64,000 nt of DNA from positions 102,610,001-102,674,000 of the forward strand of contig NC_042997.1 of assembly GCF_006345805.1 (NCBI RefSeq). The letters are read 5' to 3'. Of this stretch, positions 36,785-48,842 are shown one piece after another. The notes under the pieces are model-generated. The model saw only the letters and a list, made by a program, of their open reading frames with translations, searched no databases and had not been told where the DNA came from. The position numbers and the translations under genes are program-made. Origin of the DNA: Octopus sinensis (lineage: Eukaryota). Position 1 is the stretch's first letter, and the number at the start of each line of letters is the position of its first letter.

Positions 36785-38556
36785 TATATAATTCCACTCG
36801 TACGGTACCCTACAACTCCACTTTGTTATATATATATATATATAAATATGGTGGTGTGTTTACGTATCCATAACTTAGCGGTTCGGCAAAAAGAGACCGA
36901 TAGAATAAGTACTAGGCTTACAAAGAACAAGTCCTGGGGGCGATTTTTTGAGAAAACACACCACCATCGGTTGTCTAGCGAAGTTGGGGGGGGGGACAAA
37001 CACAGACACAAACATATGCACACACATACATTCATATATATATAAATAGAAATATATATATATATACGGAGGACTTCTTTCAGTTTCCGTCTACCAAATC
37101 CACTCACAAGGCTTTGGTCGGCCCGAGGCTATAGTAGAAGACACTTGCCCAAGGTGCCACGCAGTGGGACTGAACCCAGAACCATGTGGCTAGTAAGCAA
37201 GCCACTTACCACACAACCACTCCTGCGCCTATACACATTGAAAAAATACGCATACATTTATATATGTAATGGTTAGTATTCATTACATTCGAAGGTTACC
37301 AACTGTAACGATCGTTGTTAAGGTGTTGGTTGCCAGTATGCAAGATGGAAGAACAGTGATTGAAGTTGTAAAGAGATATTTTTACCGTTACTTTGTATAT
37401 TTCGAAAACCACGACGGGTTGGTATGTATAATTAGTAAATGGAAAAGCATGCGGGGTAAAAATAGTTAATTTAGAAGATCAAACTGCCATGTAGAGCCTT
37501 TGTTGTTTGTTGGAAAAAAATGCTGTAATTTACAGCTTGTTCGTTCATATAATTATTTGTAGTCAAGTATAAGAAAGGTTATATATATAAATTTCAGGAA
37601 CCTATCACAACCAAGTTCTTACACGAAACTGATGTCTGGTAGTTAATTATCGCGGTTCTTGAAAAGTATAACATTGCATTGCTGAATCCTGAATACAACT
37701 GCGTTTCAATAACCATTTCACGCAAGTTCGCATCACATACTTTGTTTCGAGATGAGGAAGCCTCTCTACATGGTTAGTCGTCCTGCAAGAAATAGCAGCC
37801 AAATCTCCCTCAATTAACATCTCATCATCATACAAGAGACACGTTGGATAATGTAGATCTAGAACTACACAACTGTATGTAGGAAAAAAGACAGAATGGT
37901 ATGCATTTGATTGTAGGTCAACTCGATTAGAGTGATCTAGGGCTAGAAACAACAAAACAATAACTCAATTAGGAAATGTCTGAATGTCCACGTCATTGTA
38001 TTTCCTTCGAAAATATAGGACCTTTGAGTTCAGCTTGTAAGATAGGAACATTTCTATCAGTTACAGTAGCAATGAAATAGAATTAGTAGATATTTGTCGA
38101 TGTCTCACTCTACTCAGTGACCTTGTTTCCTTTCGTTCTTTTGTTACATAATGAACTAGTTCCCATACATAAGTAGTCTGTTGGCTATTTTGGTTTCATT
38201 AAGACAACTACGTGTTATTACAGATCCATAGCTAAACAATTACTCCCTACTGAGCTTCGATTCATAAATCATTGTGGTGGTGGGGTTTCATATTTTTAAT
38301 AATCATAATCGTGTTTTAATATAAGTATACAATATCTAGACATAACAGAGAAGTGGGCGGTAAGTGTAAACGTTTCTCTGGTAACTAAGCCTCTCCTCGG
38401 GGTTATTAGATCGCGCCTCGACTTGCGGTTACGCTATTTTTTTTTATTTAGGCCTGAATGTTTAACTGTTATCGCTCATCATTCACTTGTTTCAGTCTTA
38501 GACCGTGGCCATGTTGGGGAATCGCCTTGAATTGACTCTAGACACACACACACACA

Positions 38557-38587
<31 letters not shown>

Positions 38588-39107
38588 ACACAACACACAC
38601 ACAACACACACACACACACACACACATACACACACACACACACACACCACATGTGTATGTGTTTATATACGACGGGCTTCTTTCAGTTTCCGTCTACCAA
38701 ATCCGCTTACAAGGTTTTGTCGGCACGAAGCTATAGTAGAAGACATTTGCCCAAGGTGTCACGTTGTGGGACTGAACCCGGAACCATGTGGTTGGGAAGT
38801 AAACTTTTACCACATAGCTACGCCTGAGCCTATGCTTTTTAATTTGGGTTGCCGCTTCCAATTTTTTTTAACGGAACTTCTTGAGTTCACGGGTGTAGCC
38901 AGGATTCTCGGTCATTAAAATGACTCACAATTACCTGCCTAATTGTATATGCGTGTTTGTGAGTGTGTTTGTGTATATAAGTAGCGTAGCCGGGTAGAGC
39001 CAACGACGCCTTTATGGGATGACATTTCTTTTGGGTCTGTTGAATAAGCCTGTATAAGCTTGGGGGCCTGGGAAGGGTGGGGTGGGAAAATCAAGGGCAG
39101 CCTTGGG

Positions 39108-39600
39108 TGGCTGGCAGAATCGTTAACACGCCGGGCGAAATGCGTAGCCGTATTTCATCTGCCGTTACGTTCTGAGTTCAAATTCCGCCGAGGTCGACTT
39201 TGCCTTTCATCCTTTCGGGGTCGATTAAATAAGTACCAGTTACGCACTGGGGTCGATGTAATCGACTTAATCCGCCTGTCTGTCCTTGTTAGTCTTCGCT
39301 GTGTTTAGCCCCTTGTGGGTAGTAAAGAAATAGGTATTTCGTTCGTCGTACGTTCTGAGTTCAAATTCTGCCGAGGTCGACTTTGCCTATTATCCTTTCA
39401 GGGTCAATAAATTAAATACCAGTTGAATGTTGGGGTCGATATAATTGACTAACTCCTCCCCCAAAATTTCAGGCCTTGTGCCGATAGTAGAAAGCATTTA
39501 CCTTTCATCCTTTCGGGGTCGATAAGTTAAATACCAGTGAAATACTGGAGTCGAAGTAATCAACTTATCCATTCCCAAAAATGGCTGCCCTTGTGGCAAA
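39108..39600 (+). mobile_element. Cluster of another tRNA-related SINE family
   Basis: Repeated gttctgagttcaaattccgccgaggtcgactttgcctttcatcctttcggggtcgat...aagtaccag modules. Related copies lie at about 21030-21200, 23280-23450 and 57150-57720. Confidence 0.7.
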
Positions 39601-40139
39601 ATTTGAAACCCTTATTATTATTATCATCATTATTATTCACTGCGGAGTACATAGGACGTGTTTTCAAATACTCCAGGTTGGTTCAGTTTAAAACATTTAT
39701 TTACACCAGTTTGGTGCATTTTTTTCATTATTTATCTTATTGGAAGTTGTCAATAGAAACACCAGGAACCTGCTACTGGTTTTCTTTGTTTAGCTCCCCT
39801 AGAGGCTATATACAACTCACCAAATAAGTTCGGTGAGTGTTTAATTTATTTTAATAAAATACAACTCGACAATATGGTGCAGCGCGTCTTGAAAGAGTTG
39901 AGAAAAAAGAAAACTGTCCCTCCAAAAGATCTGGTAACTGCTGAAGATTTCTCTAAAAAAAGAAGACTATATTTCAGATGTGTTTCACGCAAAAGTAGGA
40001 GAACGGAAATAGTTTCCATCAGTCATGTTGGGAAGTCCCTCAGAGAAATCTTAATAGATGTGACCTATATACAGAGAGGGAGGCAATTTGCCAGCATTGA
40101 AGTCTTCTTTAAAAGTGAGGATCTCGCGCGAAGTCTAGG

Positions 40140-41069
40140 ATTGGCTCGAAAGCTGCTTAGCAAGAAAACTACTTTAGTTGGAACAATTAGAAAGAACAGA
40201 GTTAAATTCCAAGTGCTTTCACAAATGGAAAAGAAAGAGAAATCAATAGCACACTATTTGGATTTCAAAAGGATTCTATGGTCCCATCTTATTAGCCCAA
40301 GAAAAATTATGTAGTCACACTTATGAGTACAATGCACTCTCAGCCTTCAATTGATTCAAAAAGTGCTGATAAGAAACCAGAAATTATTACATGTTACAAC
40401 AAAGCAAAAGTAGGAGTAAATATCCTAGATAAAATGGTAAGGACATACACTTGCAAAAGAATGACTCGAATATGGCATATGGTTATATTCTTCAACATGA
40501 TTGATATAAGTGCAGTGAATGCTTTCATTGTTGTTAACAGCTTCACTTGCAAAGTTTCAAGGATAAAAGAAGACAGTGACTAATTCAGTTAGGAAAGGAA
40601 CTCGCTGGAGTTAATGCTCAACAAGAACATGACAAACAATCTTCTAGTTCTGCTAACATTTCTTGGCAAAACAAGAAAAGAAGGCAATCTTTAACCTCGT
40701 TTGAGATTCCTCAGCCAAAGAAAAAAGAAAGATGTTCTTTCTGTGGCCCCCAAAAGACAGGAGAACTCATACTACATTTAAGAATTGTAAATTCATGTTT
40801 GCCAAGAACATTCCAATGTTGTCTGCATTCACTACCATGAAGAGCTGTAATTCTGTACTTTTGTAATTTTTAAAATTTATAATATATCCTGTAAGCTGTA
40901 TTTTTTAATTAAAATTTCTGAGAAACAATAATTCTTCATTCACCTGATGGTATATATAATGTAGCTAAGAAATAGTGGTAGCTTGAATAAAATTTAATTA
41001 AAAGAAAAATATTGGGTCCACTGGACCCTGTTGGTACTTCATGATATACATTTTCTCGTAGCCCAAGGG
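40140..41069 (+). mobile_element. piggyBac (PGBD4-like) transposase 3' fragment and right end
   Basis: LVGTIRKNR, MSTMH, KKPEIITCYNKAKVGVNILDKMVRTY and VIFFNMIDISAVNAFIV motifs with frameshifts; ends GGG-TTAA at 41067-41073. Confidence 0.85.
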
Positions 41070-42307
41070 TTAAAGCCACCGTTAGGTCTAGGTCGGAAAT
41101 CCATGTTGTCATAAGAATTCGCATCTACTAAGCACTCACTCGTCCACTCGGTCTTACTCTATAGCCACGAGATATAGCCAATGAGAGAGGTGTACTTATG
41201 CACGATGGAAATATTTGATCATTTTTGTTTTCACCGAACCCTCCGTGTTTGCTTTTTGAAATTTTGTATCAAGCTCCGAAGATCGTTGTCATTGTTGGAC
41301 TGATTCTTTTCAACAATTCTTACTCAGAAGTACTTCCATTTGTTTCGACACTCACCTAGTCGCTTATTGGGTGAAATCATCCGTGATGCAGTTGTGCTGG
41401 AGTCTCTCTCGGAATGGCGCAAAACGGCGAGGTAGATCGTTGAAAACGTGGATTTATATGATCAAGTTAGATTTTGAATCAATTTCTAGTTCTCGTTTGT
41501 ATGGTGTGTAGTTGTTGAAAGTGCAACTGATAGACGATCTCAGCGTTAAATGTTTGTGATCGCTGGTCGTGATCGGCTTCTGTCTCATGATTCTTTTGAT
41601 CGGCTAATTGAAGGTTGCTCAACTAGTTCTGTGCGAACGTCGACCAAGTAAATGTATTTAAGAGACCTCCTCCGAGAAGCATGGTCTAACACGTGACTAC
41701 TTGACTACCGAACGACTTGAAGAGCATGCAATTTTTGACATGGGAATAATTCACTGATAAAGGAGTTTAAAATAATGACATTGGAAAATTTCTCGAGAGG
41801 GCCTTCTGCATGTGAAGAGCAGCTTAATGACCTATTAATCAAATTTACATTCATTTGACATCGGTGCAATTATCTAATTATCGCACCAATGCCATACAAA
41901 ACTAATTTGCTCTACCAGTAGTTCTACTCCATGAACAGCTATTTATTGAAAGACTACGCTTTGTTCAAGAATTTTCAAAGGAAGCAAAAACGGTGAAAAT
42001 AGGTACGTAGTTAGTTCTAGGGATACCAACTGAAAAAAAAGCAAAAAAACAAAAAGATAAAACAAAACAAAAGTCATTGACTAAATATTTTTCTTCTTTT
42101 ACCCCATAATTGTAAACGAAATTGAATGAAAATTCATCGATGGTGAACGAACGCTATAAATACTACTCTATTTATTTGAGATGAGGAATTATGTACAATA
42201 TTTACAATGGAAGGATAGGTGTCCTCATTTTGTTCGTTGTTATCACAACGTTTCGGCTGATGTGCTCTCCTGCCTTCATTAGGTGTTCTGGTGGAATTTC
42301 GAACTCA

Positions 42308-42348
<41 letters not shown>

Positions 42349-42624
42349 ACTACTACTACTACTACTACCACCACCACCACCACCACCACCACCACCACCA
42401 CCACACCACCACCACCACCACCACCACCCAAGACTTAATTTTAAAGCCTAGTAATTGTTCTATCGGTTTCGTTTGCCGAACCGCTAAGTTACAGGGACGT
42501 AAACACATCAACACCGGTTGTCAAGCGGTGATGGGGAGGATAAACACAGACACAAAGACACCCACACACACAGACATACACAGAGACACACACAGACACA
42601 AACACACACATGCACACATACACA

Positions 42625-42674
<50 letters not shown>

Positions 42675-43428
42675 CCCTCAGATTCTAAGTTCAATCCCAA
42701 GCAGAGACTTGAAAAATAATATCAACAAAAAAAATCAAACGCATACCTTAGGAATGAGAACAGTGTACCTAATTAGTCAAATAAAGAGTTGGGTTCGAAA
42801 TTCCATCAGAACACCTGATGAAGGCTGGAGAGTACATCAAGCCAAACGTTGTGATAACAACAAACAGGATGAGGATAACCTATCCGTCTACTTGTAAAAG
42901 GATGCTGTAAAGGAATGCAGACGACGAAAGCGTTATGATTTGCCAGTTGAAACATCGGGATTTTTAGTTATAAAAATTGTGAATGCATATATGTAAACAA
43001 ATATGAAAGATTTATTTGTAGTATAATATATGTTTATTTACAAAGTTTACAAAATCTGATATTTTGAATCATTACCGATTTAAGTGTGCATGCGTTTCGC
43101 GCTACATTTTTTCAGTCTTCTACTGGTTTCAGTCATTTGACTGCGACCAGGCAGGAGTACCGCCTTAAGGGGTTTTAGTCGGACAGATCAACCCCAGGAA
43201 TTATTTTTTAAGCCTAGTAATTATTCTATCGGTTTCTTTTGCCGAACCGCTAAGTTACGGGGACGTAAACACATCAACAGCGGTTGTCAAGCGCCGATGG
43301 AGAGGACAAACACAGAGAGACACACACACACATCGAACTTCTTTCAGTTTCCGTCTACTTAATCCACTCAGAAGGTTTTGGTCGGTCCGAGGCTATAGTA
43401 GAAGACACTTACCCAAGGTAAGATATAC

Positions 43429-43487
<59 letters not shown>

Positions 43488-43570
43488 ATATATACACATA
43501 CATAAGCATATATATCTACATATATATGAACATATATATGCATATTATATATATATAATATATATATATA

Positions 43571-43634
<64 letters not shown>

Positions 43635-43641
43635 TATATAT

Positions 43642-44304
43642 AAATACAAATAAGAAAATGGAATTTGTGGTAAAACATTTTACCTTTGCTCATATAATAC
43701 AATAAAGGAATTAATTGCATCGCAATTCTTAACATTTATGTATTAACTTTGTTGGGTGCTTTACTGGCAGTATATTGGATATATGCTATCCCATGTTGGC
43801 TTGCACTTACAACCCCTATCTCAATTTATACATCATCCAAACCATGTATAAATTGATAGGGGTTGTGAGTGCAAGCAACATGGGATAGCATATATCCAAT
43901 ATACTGCCAGTAAAGCACCCAACAAAGTTAATACATAAATGTTAAGAATTGCGATGCAATTAATTCCTTATTGTATTATATGAGCAAAGGTAAAATTTTA
44001 CCACAAATTCCATTTTCTTATTTTGTATTATATATATATATATATATCTATATATATATATGATATATATTATATATATATATATAATATATATAGATAT
44101 ATACAAAATAAGAAAATGGAATTTGTGGTAAAACATTTTACCTTTGCTCATATAATACAATAAAGGAATTAATTGCATCGCAATTCTTAACATTTATGTA
44201 TTAACTTTGTTGGGTGCTTTACTGGCAGTATATTGGATATATGCTATCCCATGTTGGCTTGCACTCACAACCCCTATCTCAATTTATACATGGTTTGGAT
44301 GATG
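43642..44304. repeat. Inverted triplication of an approximately 190-bp unit between (TA)n tracts
   Basis: Arm 43642-43833 (+), 10-bp loop, arm 43844-44028 (-), then (TA)n, then a third copy 44100-44304 (+). Confidence 0.92.
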
Positions 44305-44942
44305 TGGCTGTAAAACCTGCTCTGTGAAAGCATTCGACTTGTTTGGGCACGCTTACGTTAAGAAACAATTTTAGAATGATTTTTTTCTGTCAAAATGCAA
44401 AAAATATCTGACTAAAAAAAAAAAAACAACCAAGGTCCAACCAAATCAAAAAATAAACAGAAATACTACGCGAACAAAGATGAACCATCCCATTTCCATT
44501 GTGCGCGCACACGCCCAAACACGCACAGACACACACAAACACACACACACTCATTCCCATACACCTTTACATGCACATACATATATTCACACAGAGTTGA
44601 AACGCTGTTTGATTCATTTTTTTTCACCAAATATGGCATAACACCTTCCTTTCTTATTCATCTATCGGCCCTTTTTTCTCATTTATAAACACAAGAGTAT
44701 TATTATAGTAGATTACCTCGGTAACCATGGGAGCTAAGAAAAGATACGAAGCCCAGCATCACCACCGGATCATTCTACACATCTGTTTAATTTTTCGCGC
44801 AATTCCACCCAGCCGTTTGACCGTGAATCTCAAGACAAGAAAGAATCGCCCATGTCAAATGTATATGTGTATATATATATATATATATTATATATATATA
44901 TATATAATATATATATATATATATAATATATATATATATATA

Positions 44943-45225
44943 GATTGGTCAAAACATTGATGACGTCTCGTTCTGCTGGACTAGCCACCTAACAGGATGA
45001 TTGGTCAAACACTGATGACGTCTCGTTCCGCTGGACTAGCTACCTAACAGGACACAGTCATGGGTCAGATCTAATTTCGATTCGTCAAAAAAATGATGAC
45101 GTATTTCTTCCGTGGCCAAACTGTCGTTCCGCTTGGTTGGTTTCCTAACAGGATACAGTTGGGAGTCTTTTCACTATATTCGATGAGACTGGGTTTTGAT
45201 TGGTTTGGAACTATATGACGTCAGT
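44943..45225. promoter_or_regulatory. Cluster of CCAAT boxes and CRE-like sites in 56-bp repeats
   Basis: ATTGG at 44944, 45000 and 45199. TGACGT at 44961, 45016 and 45097, with a full TGACGTCA at 45216. TTTCGCGC (E2F-like) nearby at 44793-44800. Confidence 0.5.
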
Positions 45226-45374
45226 GAAAAGTGCAAGTGACCACAGCTTAGCTGAGCTGATATAAACCCAACAATTCACCAAAATTATGCGAACAGACAC
45301 CAACCAAAAATCATTACTGTTGCTCCCATTGGAACACAAGGTAAAATCGAAAATGAACTCCTCACCTTTTCAAG

Positions 45375-45625
45375 AACATGAATTTTTTATATTTGACTCT
45401 ATTGAATGTATGTCACAATTATGAACTACTACATCATACTCTTTAAACATATAGCATGAACTCCCTTTATTATATATGAATTTTTTGAATTTTTTATATT
45501 TGACTCTATTGAATATTATATATGAATTTTTTATATTTGACTCTATTGAATATATGTCACAATTATGAACTATTACATCATACTCTTTAAACATATAGCA
45601 TGAACTCTCTTTATTATATATAATT
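45375..45625. repeat. AT-rich local tandem duplication
   Basis: ttttatatttgactctattgaat occurs three times, and the ...catcatactctttaaacatatagcatgaactc block occurs twice. Confidence 0.8.
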
Positions 45626-45808
45626 TTTTTTGATAAGGTTCGTCATTTCAAGAACCGAAACATGTTAAAAATTAAAATTTGTCTAATATAGCAGCATTTT
45701 CAAACTTCATTTTTTACAAATATATATATATTATATATATATATCATGTATATACATGAGTATATATATATACATGAATATATATATATTATATATATAT
45801 ATATATAT

Positions 45809-45852
<44 letters not shown>

Positions 45853-46033
45853 TATATAATATATATATATATACGCTCGTACACACACTCACATGTCCTT
45901 GTTGCTTATTTTGATCTTAATCACCTTATTTTGAAATTGTATGGATAATACCGTACTAAATTCTGGTGCCTCAACTTAAGTACTTTATTCATCTGAATCT
46001 AAATTTTTGGTATGCTCATATATATATACTTAT

Positions 46034-46120
<87 letters not shown>

Positions 46121-46634
46121 TATGACAATTACAATAAATACGGAGACTTGTACATCCTCATATTTTATACTTCAATTTTTATTTTTACTGCATGATTGGT
46201 TTAGGTACGACCGACACATGTTTCTGTTGCATAGATACTTAATGATTACATTTGCATCCAGCTATTTTCAACTTTGTACTTTTATTCAAAGTTTGTCCAT
46301 AAATGTGTTTCGAAGCGAACTAAGAGTATTTATGCATAGCTAAAGTATTTTGCTAGGTTAATGTGGTTGTAGGTAGAAAGAAGGTTTGGGTGCGTGGGGC
46401 AGATTTAGGAACTTGATATAGCTATGAAAATCAACTGCGTGGTTGACCTCATCCCAACCTTAAGCTTAAGTTCGAAATTGAGAGTCGTGAACTTTAAAGT
46501 AGGTCAACCACGCAGTAATTTTTATAGCCGTAGTAAGTTTCTAAATTTCCCCCTCAATTTCTTTTTCTATGCAACAGAAACATGTCGGTGGTATCTAAAT
46601 CAATCATGCTGTAATAATTGTAGTGACGCCTGGT

Positions 46635-47009
46635 TCCAAACGCCATTTGGGGATTTTTATCCACGCATGCGCAGGGATTAGTCTTCTGGAAGGCCTGCCG
46701 GAAGCCCCTTATGCGCGTGCGCGGTTCATCAGCAGCAACTAGCCTTGACCGCTATTCTCTCTTTTCGCTCCAGCTGCCTACTGAGCTAGACGCAACCAGG
46801 CTAGCGCCGTGTGAAAGCGATCCACGACTTAGGTGAATCTTTGAAGAATGCCTTCACAATTGTGATTAAACCGACTCTGCTGCTACCCCCACCCCCGGCG
46901 TCCTGGCTACCGATGTCCAGAGATGAAATGCTTATTTCGGCGAAATAAATTATTATTGTTATTTGTTCGGAGATTCTTGTTCCCGCTAGTTTCCTTTCCA
47001 CGACTATGT
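46635..47009 (+). promoter_or_regulatory. CpG-rich housekeeping-type promoter and candidate first exon
   Basis: YY1-like (reverse AAATGGCG, about 46640), NRF1-like CGCATGCGCA (46664-46673) and TGCGCGTGCGC (46712-46722), ETS CCGGAAG (46698-46704), then a pyrimidine-rich stretch and a gtaagg donor at 47008. Confidence 0.5.
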
Positions 47010-47753
47010 AAGGAATTGTGAGGCACCCATCCAGTGCCAACCTCACTTCCTACATAATAAAATACCATAGTAACGTATCATAAAATAAAAAAAAAAAGAT
47101 ATGCAGATGTACTGGCTCCGTATTCATTGTAACTGTCTTGGATTTACACTCTCGGAAATATTCATAATCCAGTGAAGCGAACCCATGATTTACCCATCGG
47201 ATGAATTGTAGTGGGATTGCTCACCCTAAGTAATCCTAGGTGTTCCTTACTACGCGATGCTGTTAGTCTGAACGCGGATTATACATGAGTGTTCGTACGG
47301 TACCCGCCTGAACAATATAGTTGTTTCAGTTATTAGACTGCGCCTATCCTGGGGCAACACCTTAAAGAATTTTAGTCGGACGGATCGACCATAGTTCTTA
47401 CTTTTTTTTATTTTTAAGTTTTGAATTTATTCTATCGGTTTTATTTGCCGAATCACTAAGTTACGGGGACGTAGATACACAAACACCGGTTGTCATATAT
47501 ATTAGCTTGAAGGGGTTGAATAATCCCCAAACACATTTGCCATTAAGGTAATCCTCAGGCAGATACATCGTGACAAGGTGTGTGACAAAACCAGCCTTGT
47601 GAATTCAGCTCAGTGAATTGCAAGGGCTACCCAGCTATTTTCTTTTACATTTTATATGCCTTTTGTTATGTTATATGCAGGCATAACTGCATTACACATC
47701 TACATATGAATTAACGTTTCTTATTTGATGTATCTACGTTTATATATTAATGG

Positions 47754-47794
<41 letters not shown>

Positions 47795-48751
47795 CCTACT
47801 ATCACATAAACATACTTAAATACTTAGGTTGATTCATATATATACATTTGTCTTCTACTTTTATTTTACGTCTCAGTCATTGCATCTCCTTGAAGGGTTT
47901 ACTTGAACAAATCGGCGTCAAGTGCTTATTCTTTAAGTCTGGGACTTATCTTGTCGTTTACTTTTGTCGAACTGCTAAGTTACGGAGACGTAAACAAACC
48001 GACATCAGTTTTTCAAAGGTGGTATGGGGACAAATAAAACATGCCTACATACATACGTACACACACACATACGACGGGCTTCTACACAGTTTCCGATGAT
48101 CAAATTTGCTCATAAACCATTAGTCAGCATAGAGTTATATAATAGAAAACATTTGTCCATGACGTCGCTCTGTGGAACTGAACCCCAAACCGTGTGGCTG
48201 CAAAGCGAGCTTCTTAACCATCCAGTCATATTGGAGCCTCTGTTTCATGTCTAATGTTTGTAAGGCTGGTTTTTTAAAAACATTACATGAATGTTTGAAT
48301 ATTATTTTAGTTTTCAAAACACCTTGTATTGAAAAGCAACGGAATTACATATACTGATATTACTCTTTAGCTGTAAAATTTATTTTCTTATCACAGAAAT
48401 ATTTTGTAGAGGTATTTAATATTTCACTTCACTTGATGTTGACTCTAATAGTTTCCACTGCTGCATTTTATGAGTACATAAATAAAAATGTCTTGGAAAT
48501 AACGGTCATTCTGGCCTTTACTTTGAACCTTCTCTCTTGTTTCATCCTTTTCCGAGGAATTCTAGTTAAGATTACAATCTTTCTATTATCAAAACCCGTT
48601 TTGTTTGTTCTTTGTTTTCCAGTTGTTATTGTTGTCGTATTGCCCGATTCTGGGTATACATAGAAATAATCTCTTGTGCTTATGAATGGTGGCCGTGTAT
48701 TTGGAACAGAATCGTTAATTAAAATGTTAAACAGAATTCTGAATAGGTTTC

Positions 48752-48842
48752 TCATGGATCGGATTGTACGTGCATCTTTGGGAATAGATATTCTGCAGAA
48801 TTAGCTTTAGCTTTGAATTCCATTCTTGATCGAACGAGTTCG
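48752..48842 (-). CDS. LRRC74-like protein, terminal exon
   Basis: atctttcag acceptor. Phase 2 completes EIDY-S-ELVRSRMEFKAKANSAEYLFPKMHVQSDP* and supplies the 12th-position Glu of the EF-hand. Minus-strand AATAAA near 48380. Confidence 0.8.
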
